A stretch of 38,150 nucleotides of DNA. Source: Nemertoderma westbladi. Lineage: Eukaryota; Animalia; Xenacoelomorpha. The DNA lies in contig JAUCBJ010007723.1 in NCBI GenBank assembly GCA_032718475.1, positions 1 through 38,150 of the forward strand. Direction: 5' to 3'. Shown here one piece after another: positions 23,678 to 37,100 of this stretch. Made by a program: the position numbers and the translations under genes. Position 1 is the first letter of the stretch; each line of letters opens with the position of its first letter. Below the pieces are notes generated by a model, which worked only from the letters and a program-made list of their open reading frames with translations, was not told the DNA's origin and did not search any database.

Positions 23678-23718
23678 AAATGCAGCTGCAATGCAGCATG
23701 CGGATCCTAGTAGTAGTA
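22095..23718 (+). mobile_element. 5'-truncated RTE-clade LINE with 12-bp TSD
   Basis: RT motifs (GVDGVPPE, PVPKKGNL, QNGFRKGRG, FVDFFKAFDSV, GVLQGDTLAPLLF, DFADD, FCYLGS), C-terminal RLRFAGHCFR and a (TAG)n tail. TSD GTACGCAGAAAA at 22083-22094 and 23719-23730. Confidence 0.93.
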
Positions 23719-23961
23719 GTACGCAGAAAACAGAAAGTGAATGTTATATAAACATGAAATTGAAAGAAATTCGAAATAACTGCACAATGACCAGTAATAC
23801 TATATACTGAACTTTCATTTTCCTGATAACACGGACACTCAAAAACGCGCCCTCAGTATCGTCGCCATTCTTCACATTAGTAGCAATTTTTCATAGTGTA
23901 GACCTACCTAGAAATGTAAGGCTTCCAAATATCTATGTCTGAGTTTCATTGAGAAACAGCT

Positions 23962-24240
23962 GTAAAGTAAAGTAAAAGTAAATTTTCTTCGGCCGCTAGG
24001 CCAGGGATTACGCACAAAGTCTGAAGACTTTTCCAGTGCGGTCCCGCCAGAACTTTACTCCCCAGAGGAAACTCCAGTACTCATTTAGCTACCACTTAAG
24101 GATGCAAGGCAGATATACGCCCTGGCTGGTCCCTTTAAAGCATTCGTGGCGAAACGAAAACTGCCCTGGCCCATGTGAGGATCGAACCCACGACCTACAG
24201 GAGATGTGAATTCAATGCGACCACTACACCAAGGGTGAAC
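23962..24240 (-). mobile_element. tRNA-derived SINE with (TTTAC)n tail
   Basis: Minus strand has A box TGGTGTAGTGG, B box GGTTCGATCC, central TAAATGAGTACTGG (Deu/Nin-like) and tail TTTACTTTTACTTTACTTTAC. Confidence 0.85.
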
Positions 24241-24604
24241 CAAATCTGAGATGGAGTTAGGACAATTGAGAGACCCGGACAATTGCGACCCAACAAATTT
24301 TTCTAAATTATATCATAGATCATTATAATCATAAATAATTAGTTTCACAACATTCTAGATTTCAACTTTTTAACATCATTAAACGTCATCATTACTGCTG
24401 TTGGCAGTAATGACAGTTGGCTTATATAATGTGATAGGCCTAATTAAGTCATACTTAATACATTGTTACTTTCTGACCTAACCTGTTTACTAACGTAAAC
24501 ATAACAAATATCAATATAAGTTAAAAATAAATTGATAAATTTTCAGCGTCTTGTTTTCGTGTAATGATAGAAAGAGACATTTGACTGTTTGAAGAATGTA
24601 TGTG

Positions 24605-25801
24605 GGGTAAATCTTTTCGACCTACGCGTAGGCCTACGCCTAGCTACGCGTAGCTACGCGTAGTTCGCAACATTGGGTCATATATCACCAGTTTCAGAGT
24701 TTTAACAATAACTACGCGTAGGTGCTACGCGTAGCTACGCGTAGGTGCTACGCGTAGCTACGCGTAGGTCCTACGCGACCTACGCATAGGTGCTACCCAT
24801 AACTATGCCTATACGTCGTTTATCATTAGTAGGCTTACGTATTCCAAAGCGAGTCAGTACTAAAATAAGACACAATACGGTATGTTCAATAAACAACCCA
24901 CAACCATCAAATGCTTTCAACAGTAATGTATCCTATACCTGTATAGTGTATACTCTATATAGAGGAATACGCGACGAAGACTACATAATCTTCACTTCAT
25001 GCGTTGCGGGCGGTAAAATGTATTAATAATTAATGTTTAGAGTTCAAAAATAGTTTACAAAGGAAATAGGCCGATGGTTCTTATCGATTCTCTATGCTTT
25101 TTATTGCCTTTGTTCACGATAGGGCAAGGATATATTTAATATGTTAACCCCTTGACAAGGGAAGGGGGAGACTAAATTATCTACCATGATTGGTTGCACT
25201 TGATATTTGACCAAACAATTTGATTATATGCAGTATTTATCAGCTTTCGCTTAACCTCTTCACCGGTAGACTGGTCGCTTTATTTACTACTGTTCAATAT
25301 TTAAATAATCCAATGGAAACAAAGATACTTGAATCATGAGACGTGAATTTTAAGTTTACTTTTTATTCATCCTCTGTGTTTGTATGTGAAAGAGCCGAAT
25401 ATTATTTATTACCAGTGCTGTATGTAGAGATATGAGTTTCCGATTCTGTTATTACATTTGTCTGATAATCAGATACCTGACATATACCGATACTTGCCTA
25501 ACAACTCAACCCTACCGGACCTGAAATGAAAAATCAAAAAATTGTTATCAGGACTGCTACGCGTAGTTTCAAAATACCTACGCGTAGTTCCAAAATAACT
25601 ACGCGTAGTTCCAAAATAACTACGCGTAGTTCCAAAATAACTACGCGTAGTTTTAAAACACCTACGCGTAGTTGTTAAAAAGGCAGTAAGTCTGGCCCTA
25701 CCGGTAAATGACAGGAATGGAAGTTACAAACTACGCGTAGCTACGCGTAGGCCTACGCGTAGCTACGCGTAGGCCTACGCGTAGGTCGAAAAGATTTACC
25801 C
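24605..25801. mobile_element. Non-autonomous TIR DNA transposon with 8-bp TSD
   Basis: Terminal inverted repeat GGGTAAATCTTTTCGACCTACGCGTAGGCCTACG, TSD TGTATGTG at 24597-24604 and 25802-25809, many subterminal CTACGCGTAG palindromes, and no transposase ORF. Confidence 0.92.
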
Positions 25802-25844
25802 TGTATGTGAAATGTTTTTGTGTATTTTCGTGATTTCAATTAAT

Positions 25845-25950
25845 TTGTGTGGTGCGCATCAGAGCTGCGCGCTGCTGCGCAACGCGCATCTGTCTCACCC
25901 GAACGCGCAATGCGCATCTGTTTCACGGTCATTCGCGCAGGTACGCGCCC
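25845..25950. promoter_or_regulatory. Possible promoter island with TGCGCA/CGCGCA motifs
   Basis: Local CpG/GC-rich patch with clustered GCGCAT-type (NRF1-like) motifs about 2.2 kb upstream of the UBR4 ATG. Confidence 0.3.
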
Positions 25951-27111
25951 GAGTTTTGCAGCATTAATTCCAACCTGGCATCTGGCATTCAAGTACCGGT
26001 ACCGGTCTGCCGGTAGGCCTAATCAGATATTACAGTATTACTGTATTACATCAATTACAGGCAGACAGGTACCGCGGTACCGGTACTGAATTAAGCTGGC
26101 TAGCCCTAGCACAGTAGCAGGCCTAACATTTACTGAAAATTACATTACAGCATTATACACAGCAGTACTGACGATGACAATGACATTAAAAGGCGGAGGA
26201 CAGGAGGACCCATTCATTGCACATGCACATTGCCTCTGTGCCTTTATGCCCGGGGAAACTTCTTCTGTTCTTAGCTAGGAAATTTTGCATTTGGTGCATG
26301 CAGTTTGCAGTAGGCCTATTACTGTATTAGGCCTAGTCAGTTAGTGTCAAAAGTGCTTTATTTAGGGCTTTTTCAGTTTTTGTTCCAGTGTGTACCGTAC
26401 TCTGGTACTGCCGTAATGTAATTCTCTTTGGCAGTTTGGTCTAAGCGTAACTATTCCAGTATTCAGAACTTGTTCATAATAAACTTAGGGTTGGTAATGA
26501 ATAACAGTATAATAGCAGAATAGCTGCCTAACTGTTTCAGAATGCTATTTCATATCCCAAGAGCTTTTTTTCAATTTCGATTTCAAGCTTTTTTTTAGCT
26601 TTTCACTGTTTTATCAAGCTTTTTTTAGCCTTTTTTCAAGCTTTATTACCGGTAGGCCCTACAGCCCTATCTGCCTATCAGCCAGTCAGCCTATACCTGT
26701 ATACTGCTATAAGCTTTTTTTGCAGCTTTATTCTATATTTTAGGTTTTAACATTCCAAATTTCTCAGATTCATCTTGACAGCTTGGAGCAATGAATTTAC
26801 TGATTTATAGAAATTACCGGTACCGGTATTTGAACTAAAAAAGCTTGAAATAAAGCTAAAAAACGCAGTGCGGAAACGGGCCTTCTTTACACTTTACTCA
26901 CAGTCACAACTCACAGGACTACACCATTGTACCGGTACACTGGTACATGCACATGCACATGCAACACGACTAGGCCTAATGCAGTAATGTAGGCCTAATT
27001 TGTAATTGAATCAGAATACATTTTCTTACCGGTGTACCAGTACCGGTACTGGTGTACACGGTACCGGTCAGACGGTACCGGTAACAGATAATTTTCTCTC
27101 CCCATGCAATA

Positions 27112-27502
27112 TCACTCCCCGGTTAAAATTCCCTAGTGCAGTAGTGTCAGAGTGTATTCTCACTCCCGGGGTGAATTTTGTGTGATTTGTGTGTTTAGAA
27201 GGACCGGTGAAGTACAGCAGTACCGGTAGTGTATTTTAAGTTTAACCCCCTCCAATGAAAACTCACCCCTGCGCCCTGCATTTATCAATTTTCACTCTGC
27301 CAGTCTGTGCAAATCCATCCCCGGTTAAATTTCTCTAGTGTATTCTCACTCCCGGTGTATTTTTTGTATCTTCTACAGTACTACTTCTGATGTTCTGTAC
27401 TTTAGTTTACAGTATACAAATCTCCGGCGTGTGTTTCTGTGTTTGTCTGCGTACCAGTCAGTATATACATAATACATATTGTAAATTTTAACCGGAGGGT
27501 GA
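27112..27502. repeat. Degenerate direct/inverted repeats (possible MITE remnant)
   Basis: CCCCGGTTAAA...CTAGTG...TATTCTCACTCCCGG at ~27117 and ~27319, with an inverted AATTTTAACCGGAGGGTGA at ~27484. Confidence 0.45.
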
Positions 27503-27817
27503 ATTTTTATCTGTTTTAATCAATCATTTAGGCATTATACTGTTATATCCCCTTTTGTTGTGTTTTTACTTTTTTGTCGGTTTTTTATTTCAGTCAGCCG
27601 GTACCGAGCTAACACCGGCCTATACCAAGAGCAACCTATACCAAAGCTATATAACTATACAATAGAACAATTCAGAGGTTACACCAACTCCAAGGGGGAT
27701 TCAATTGTTCAAATGCCTGAGCCCATCACCTACATATAAATTTGTCTTAAGCTTAACTGCTTAACACATAAACCGGTAGGCCTACCAATCTTCTAATACC
27801 TAACCTAAGCCTACTAC

Positions 27818-27851
<34 letters not shown>

Positions 27852-28151
27852 AATAATCTTACAATGCTTTCGTTGGTGGTCATAAATTACCTGTAGGGTG
27901 ATTATCGCAAACACGCATTTATTAGTAGGTCTACATATTTACAAGGATACCGGTACATGTATACTTAAAACTTATATATACCGGTATTGAATGAAACCAT
28001 GATATTATTCTAGTTCTTAATATTTATTCTACCAATACTGTACTGTACCTCAGTACCGGTTCTACAATATTTGATGGATAAGACGCCAGAAATGGCCCTT
28101 TGTACTTTTATTAAACTAACAGGTCTAGAGCCGTGCATAATCTAAGCTACA

Positions 28152-31100
28152 ATGAAGGAGAAAATTATGGAGAAGACCACAGATGGTGAAGCCGGGCTGG
28201 TAGAGGTATATAGTATTTCAAATGAGGCAAAACATTGGATGACTATTCTAAAACCAGCACTTACACCATCTACGTTGTCAACGTTTACACTCCACGAAAT
28301 GATATCAATTTGCGAAATTCTCAATTTAAATGAAGACAACATAATGCAAGTGGACAATAATCAAAGTGGTCCTGAGACAGAGGAATTTTACAGTAAACTT
28401 CTTGTTGTTGTCGGGAATTATCTTGGGTCATGTATTCCTTTTGTTAGTTACTTGAATACTAACCATGTAGTAACAGCTTGCCGCATTGTTATTATGGGAA
28501 TATTGAAACGAATTGAAGAGTTTAAACCAATCATTCAATCAGTCAGTGTCTCAACATTTCTTGGTGGGATTGAAAGCTTACTTGAAGGAGAAGCTATGCT
28601 TCCTTTCCAAGATAATGTATCATTATCAACAACATTGGAATCGATGATGCCACCTGCATCATTCCGCCTTTTGCCACTAACAGAACATGATGAACCATCC
28701 AATATTCAAGGAGCATTTTTTAATCTGATCTCTAGCGTTTTTACTGATACCACAAGTTCAAGTACGTCCCATATCATGCCAGTGACAAACAGGCTTCCTG
28801 GTGAAAGAGATAACATATGTAGGGCAAATGTTGATACCATTCAACGTCTAAAGGGCTTTGATATTATAATGACTACATACTTATCTATCTCCTCCATTTC
28901 TTTATATATGATAAACATTAATCAGATTTTCTCTTGCAAGAGTTCTGCCGTCAAATTTCCACTTCACACAAGTAGTAAAGAAAACCAGGCCATTCGGATT
29001 AATACAACTCCACTTCTAGTAGACTTGAAATATGCAGTACGTATGCTGAGTTTACCAATTAAAGAGCCTTTAGAAAATAAACGATTAACTAACATATTAA
29101 CTATGGCTATTGGTTTTCTTCGAGTAGCGGTTTCTGTTTGTCAAAGTCGCTCTGTTCAATGTAGCTTGGGAGATTTGTCTGATAGGGAGATGGAACTGCA
29201 GACACAAGCTATAGTTATTAAATCCCTAGAAGCCTTTGATTTGATATCTGCTGCCATAAAAGAGAGCAACCGGACAAGTGGCTGTACTTTACTCAATCTC
29301 TACCATGCTGGGTGTCATATTTTACTGCAAGGATTAAATGGTATCCTTTCTATGGTTCCCGATAAACGTGATATTTCTTCACCTAAGAGAGAGCGTTCCT
29401 TTAGCTTTACAAAAAAGATCACATCTCCTAAAGGTTTCCATTTCCTCGGGGCCTCAACTATTGAGTTGGCAAATCATGCCTTGCAACTCTTTTCATTGTT
29501 GATGAATGATTTCAATATGGATCAGTCTGGTTGTCCTGAACTTTCTACCGATCCTGTGAATGAGTTAACAGTTAATTATTCACCTGAGCATCGAATCAGA
29601 GAACTTTTGAACAGTGTAGAAATAACTACAGTTATTTTTAATTTGCTACAGCTTTCATGCAAAAAGGCATTTTCTTTATGTCAACTTAAAAAGTCATATG
29701 CCTCACTAGTTCTAAGTGATGATGGGTCATGTAACCATGATGATTCAACTACTTTTGGTGATACATCAGACGGTGAAGACAGTGAGGATTCAGAGGAACC
29801 AATTTTTGGTTACTGGTTCAAAGAGACATTAAATCCAGAGAACAAGGAAGAAGATATTGTAGAAAAAGAACCTGCGGGTCCTATTGATACTAGTACTGCC
29901 TTAGGGCCAACTTCATATTTAAGCCTAGCATCACAATTGGTACAGCTCTTGAATAAATATTTTGTTACTGGTACAGAGAGCTCTCAAATACTTCCTGCAT
30001 ATTTTTCGTCATCTTTGAAGGAAATACATATGGTGTCATTAGCCGGAATTGTTAAAGAACTTGAAAGAGATGTTATGGAACCTGAAGTATTTGGGGAGTT
30101 TGAATTATCACTTTGCCGTTTCATCCATTCTCTACTTGGGTCGAATTTACTCTGTCAATCTCTTCAGTTATCTTTACTAGATAATCTCAATCTTTCACCT
30201 GCGGTTTCATCACCATGGCCATTAAATCTGGGGCCTAGGCAGCTCGGAATATTGGCTCACATTCTGTTGAATTTGCAAAGAAACACTGATACTGGTAGTC
30301 CAGTAGAAGAAGGAAAAGATACATCCCTGATAGATCAAGATAGTGCAGCATGTATCACAATTTGGTTTAGATTTTTATCTACACTTGGTGTGCATGTTGT
30401 TGATGGTACACGACCTTGTGATTTTGATGATCTATCTGTGGAACATGCACAATTACTCTTGTTGATTTTTCATAATTTCACTTATGCTACCCGGGTGAGA
30501 ATATTTAAAAAAGCACTTGATACCTTCACTGAAAGTGTTCTTTCTGATACTACATTTACTGTTTATCCACTCGCATTATCCCGTTTGGTATTTATAGTTG
30601 ATTATTTAGTGTCAAATTTTTATAATAATGCCAAGAATCTATTTGATCAAGTTCGGGGGAATCTATTTAACTTGTTTTCAGGTACATCAAAGGATTCCTC
30701 TCCAAAACTTTGTCAGTCTTTCAAAGATGTCCAGGATGGATACCAGAAAAACCTCAGTTCTGGTGAATCACTATACCCGCGCTTTTATATAATAAACTCA
30801 TCATATACCAATGGCAAAGGTACAGTAAACACTGACTGTATTGTGAAAATGATTAGCTTAGAAACAATGAAGTTAATCTGTGAATTAGTTAGTGATTATG
30901 ATGCATTTCATAATGCATGTATGAAATGTCTGGCAGCAGGAAAACTATTGGATAATAATTTGGGGCATGGAGATAATGCTTCTGCTTTGGACTTGTGTAG
31001 TTTGCAATATCATTTTCAAGTTGTGTGGCACTTGTTGTGTTCAATTCCACCTCCAACTAGATTCTTTAGGGTACTGGATGAAGATTCTACTAGCATATGT

Positions 31101-34100
31101 ACCATGTCTCCACAGCAGCTATTCCTTGTACTAAAATGGGTTCCCCGCATGGCAATTCCGGAATATTATTCATGGTTGATTAGTTGTTTGCACGAGCAAG
31201 GAATAGAAGCTGATGATGCCGCACAGCTTGTTACTCAGGTGAAGCAAAGTACTAATAACCTACAATTTGATGCTCAGTTAGCTCTTCATATAATGACACA
31301 ACAGATATCAATATTTTGTGATTTCCCAGATGAATTACCTCCTTTTTTTGCAATATTGCAACTTGATACAGCATTATCAAGGTTACATTCGCGATGTGAT
31401 GAAATTATCAATAGTTCCCATCTAGGTGATGCAAATGCGGAACATCCATCATCATTGTTGTTTATTGCAGAAATGTCTCCAATAATATTGAATTTGTTTG
31501 AGCAATACTTGTTATTTTCGCGCCTTGCTATTATTAAATTGGCTAAGAAGGATGGCAAAATTGATGATGATGCTGTGAATTCAGCATTGGCGGCAGTGCT
31601 AAAGGTTGGCTCCAGTAAACCTCATAAATTATCTCAGTTAAATGACATTGGTACATTTTGGGAAATTGGAATGCCAGGATGTCTAGCAGATGCCTTGCTT
31701 AAGTGGAACAATTTCTCAATCAACGAATATCCCTCAATTGGATCTTGGAAAACGTGTTTTGCAAAAGATATATTGCCATCAGAATCGTATACAGAAACTG
31801 TAATGATATGTCACCTCAGAAATCTATCAGTAAATCCAAAGTATCCAATTGCTGGACCTCTAAAGCATGTTCTCATATCGTTGGCACGATTTGCAGGTGA
31901 TATCATGTCATATTGTCCAAATGATATTGATGCAGATGACATCCAAAGAACATTATTTCCAGCACTCTTGGATGCGAGCTCTGAACATGTGTCGGAATAT
32001 TGCTCACAAACTATAGAAAATTATCTCGGTTTAGCACAAGACCCAGAAAAGTTTAACAAGGTTTTGTGCCAGTGCTATTTGGAAAATTGCTATGATATAC
32101 TTGTTTATCACACATCTGCAAATGGGGTTGATGATACTACTGTTTCAGAGTGCATTATATGTCTTGATGAATTACTAGATAAACAAGCTGGTAAATCCTT
32201 ACTTACTGAAGGGTTTGGTGATCGGCATTTAGTGTCCCTTTTACTGTCCTTAACTAGTAATGCTGTGTCGCATACACACACATTGAGAGTTTTGGAATTA
32301 TTCATTAAGCTCTTCAGTATTGCTGACAAGTTTAATAATTGGACTATGATCACAAAGGCATTAAACCAATTGAAAAATACCGAGCAAGTGCTTATTCAGA
32401 GCTGGGTTGAAAAGATTATTCATTTAGATGATGACAATACTAATACTAACATCAGTCATATTGTATTGTTTAAATTTGTCACATATATTACAAAACATGA
32501 AGCTATGATTGATAAAGTAGTTTTTGATAAGATATTTAGAGGTATTGTACCTATTACTGAGAAAGTTCTAAAAGCAAATTCAGAGAAAGTGATACTTGCT
32601 AGCCTTATAAATATGCTTATTATATTAGCAAGTGCTTCTGAAGGGGACTATCATGTCCATCTTATAAGGATCTTTGTAGAATTTTTGACATACATCAAAG
32701 GATACATAGCAAATAATATTTCTAGTGAAGATGATGTTGCTAAGATACGCAATACGAATCATGTGGAAGCTTGCAATTCTATAATTGGGTATTTTTGTGC
32801 CGTATCAACATCCCTTAAGGTTCAATTCCATGAGACCAATATTGATACTGATGGAGCTTATCACTCTGACTCTGATTATATTGATGAACAACATATTACA
32901 GATGAGTATGTGAATGATGCAGATGATGATTCAGAGGATGAGGATTTATGTAATAAGCTATGCACATTTACATTTACTCAGAAGGAATTCATAAACCAAC
33001 ACTGGTATAATTGCTATACTTGCAGTAATATGAATGATGGTAGAGGTTGTTGTACAGTATGTGCAAAGGTTTGTCATAAGGGGCATGATTTATCCTATGC
33101 TAAATGTGGCTCCTTCTTCTGTGACTGTGGTGCTAGAGAAGATGGTTCCTGCTCATGTCTGGTGAAGCGGACACAAGGTATTATGGGAGAAAGTAAGGAA
33201 AAGGATCATGACTTTCTTTGGGAGAATGAAAATGACCATAAGCAACCTGTTGGTAAGCAGACCAAACACAGTGAGAAGATTTCAAAGAAGGATTCTGAAA
33301 TTAAAACCAAGCATGATTTATTGGTCAGTTTGATTTCAAGCCGTATTGCTAACAATCATACAAATATACTATCATGCCTGATAGATACGAATATGCTGGA
33401 TGTCTTATTATCATTGTTAGAAATGTTAGCACCAGTAATATATTCTCATTATCATAGCCACAGCCTACACTACCTGCAAAGCAAAATGCAGAGACTTCGT
33501 GATACACTGTGGACTGAAAATAAAATTTCTACCATGTCGGATCAGCTAATGTGTGCAACATTGGGTTCTCAAGAAGGGGCATTTGAAAATGTGAAGGTGA
33601 CATATAATGGGGAGCAAGGCCAGCAAATTCGACAATTATTGAATTCACATATTATACACAGAGTGGGTATGTGTGTGATGAGTTCTATGAATGGCAAAAG
33701 GCAACACCTGGCAGTATGCCATGAGAAAGGAAAAGTTACCCTGTTGCAACTTTCTGGATTGTTAAAACAGACAGACTCTTGGAAAAGAAAATTAACTCTA
33801 ACAAGACTTAGTAGTGCACCTGTTCCATTTACAATCGTCAGTATAGTTTCAAATACGCACAATGAGGAGGTATTGGCTATTTGTGGGTTAAAGGAATGTC
33901 ACATTTTAACATTTACATCCAATGGGACATTGCAGGACCATCTTCCCTTGAACACCTGCCTTGAGGGTGGCAATTATATTATTCGTGCACTATGGTTGCC
34001 AGGAAGTTCAGTACTTATTTCTATCATCACCGCTGATTTTGTAAAGGTTTATGATCTCTCTGTAGATTTTGGCAACCCACTATATTTTTTCTTACTGCCA

Positions 34101-37100
34101 TCTGGAAAGGTACGTGATGTAACTTTTCATATATCTGATCAAACTCAGGTTATAATTATTATGTCATCGACAGGATACATCTATACCCAGGAAATGTCAG
34201 ATATTTCATGTGCAAAACATGGGCCATTTTATGTGACAAATGTATTGGAGTTTGATCACCATGATATAAAACCTCAATCTAACGGACACATTATGGGTGG
34301 TGGTGCAAGTGTATTCTATTCATATGCTTTAGAATTATTGTTTTTTTCTTACGCCCAAGGGAAAAGCTTTTGCTGTGCTCTAACATCAAATGTACAATCA
34401 AGCAATGCAGTTTTCCAAATTGCTTATAAAACAAATAATGGGTCAAATAAAACCAATACAAGTGTTGCTGTCCCTCTTTATCAGTGGCATGAAGTTCCTG
34501 GCCACCCTGGTCTGATATTCTCTATCAACCAAACAGGAAACCCTGTTGTAATAATGGTCACACCTAGGACAATTGATGTTCAAGAAATACGAAATACAGT
34601 TGCAAAAGCAAAAATTCAAGATATGGTTGCTATACATCATACAAATGGACAAATTGATCAGCATAAAACAACAATGATATTGCTTTGTGATGATGGCAGC
34701 TTAAAGATTTACCAGGCAAAGGATAGTACTACATGCTTTTGGACAAGTATACAAACAAATTTTCCTTCCACTCTATATGGGTTGGTAAAGTTAGTTGGTG
34801 TTCGCCGGAAACAACGAGTAAAACTTCCCCATCAGACACGTGCAGTTTCATTTCCAATAGATTTCTTTGAGAACTGCCAACAATTGAGTGATGTGGAGTT
34901 TGGAGGCAATGATTTACTGCAGGTTTATAATGTTGCTCAATTAAAGAACCGATTGTCATCCAATGGCATGTACATAGCAAGTACCAAGGCATTAGGTTTC
35001 AATCTCGAAGTAAAAACTGTGAATAACGCAGTAGCTGTTGTTGGTATCCGTGTCCTTTTGGGAGCATCTAGTGGTCCAGAGAAATCTCCACAACACATAG
35101 TATTGTTTGGTAGATATATCAACTTGAACCCATCTGTCCATCGCTGGTACGATTTTCCATTTACTAGGGAGGAAACTATGTTATGTGAAAAAACATTTAC
35201 AATCACATTCGGTTCGAGCAGTGATTCTAGTGGAATTACTATAGTTGATTCAGTAAAAATATATTCTAAAACAAAGGATGTATTTGGTTGGCCTGAAGAG
35301 GTGCCAGATGAATGTACAAATTCAAGAACAGGCTCCAGCAACACCCAATCAACAAATAGTACTGGAAATGATTCTACTTCCATAACACCTATGTTAACAC
35401 TTGATTGGATTGTATCAAATTCTTGCAACATATTAGATAATTTTATATCAACCACAATACTTGGGGAAAAAGAAAAATCTAGGGTATTGGACTTTGCCAT
35501 AGGTATCATTGTGATGAACACACCAAGTATTGTACAACTTCATACAAAAAGACTCCTTTCTATGCTACATAAGAACAAATCTGCATATTATTGTAATAGA
35601 GATAATATCCTAATTTCAAATGCAATAAAGTCTTTGAAATGGGATAAGGAACAGAACACAAATGAAGATATAACTATTGACAGTCTTTCTTTTCAACAAT
35701 TGGTCCTAACACTACGTTCTATTGCTTTAGTTAGACCAGTGAACCTTGCAAAGTTTACAGATTTCTTCGACCAGTTAGAGAATAGTGCACAAGCATCTCG
35801 TATGTCGCAACTGAGATCACTCTCAATAAATAACAATGTCCAGAAAGCTATTCTTCATATTGTTAATGCCATGTGGATTCTTTGGGATTCAAAGCCGAAA
35901 AATTCATTTTTAATGTCAGTGTTTGCCCCAGTTCCTTTACAATTTGAAATATTAGTTGCAGCATCGATTGAAATTATTCATGCATTTACGGTAAAAGATA
36001 TTGATAATGTTCCAATTGCTGTGAAGTGTTATGTGTCAATGCTGCTTTGTGAGGACCAGTTTTTGTGCTTTGCTGCCAAAAACGCATTGTATAGGTTACT
36101 CAAACCTAAATCACACAAAAAACGGGTATTAATTAACACAGCTCCACGAGCCTCACCTGATCATGGAAAGGTAAGTAATGTTCTACTTCCTTTTGAGGCC
36201 GATAGTGGTCAACCACAATCAGAGCCAATGGTTATTGAACCAGAGGATGATAACTACATTCTTAATCAAGGGTTTCCACATGTCATGGAAATGCCTGGTG
36301 ATGATGAAGCTATGGTTGAATTAGCCATTGCCCTTAGTTTACAGGATCAGCAGCAACCAGTTCAAAGACATGAGAGCTCTGCTGTAGGTTCAAATCAGAA
36401 TGCATCGTCATTTGGAAATGTATCAGCCGCTATTAGCGATGATGAAGAAGTAAGTAATGCAGCAACTGATGGCAGTACTTTAAGGACAAATGAACATCCC
36501 CCATCTGACAGTGGCGGTTCAAATGTTGATTCAGGTGAACACATTAGTGGCCGCAGTTCAGCATATGGTGACATACTTCAAACTGATGGAAGCATAACAA
36601 ATATTACAGCTGCGTCCCAGTTAGATGAGTATAGCACCACCAAACACAATGCATTGAAATTAGGTATTTTAGAAGAAATGCTGAAACACTTGGGCTCTGT
36701 ATGTATGACTAGTGGAACTCAATGTCTGCCTTACATGCAATGCATTTTATTTCTAGCTACTGATCTTGACTTAGCTGATGAGAAAGACCGTGCGACATTT
36801 GATGCAGTTCTTGAGAAACTTGTGGATGAGCTCGATGTAAATAGACACTCACTGAGTGATATTCATATGAGGTCACCTCGAAATGAGGTCAATCTAATCA
36901 TAATGAGGCTTTTATCAGTGTTTATGTCTCATAGCAAGCAGAGTGCGACTGGAGGTACACTGAATACAGATCATACATCTGGGAAAAGTGATGCACCAAC
37001 TCAAATATCACATTCAACCGCCAAGTTATTACTTGAAAACCACACTAACGAATTTTGTTTAAAAATTATAAAACATATGTTGATTTATTGGAATGACTAT

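Noticed and set aside
28074-28145. uORF or read-through extension of UBR4
   Set aside because: Its ATG lies upstream of the probable acceptor at 28122, so it is likely intronic.
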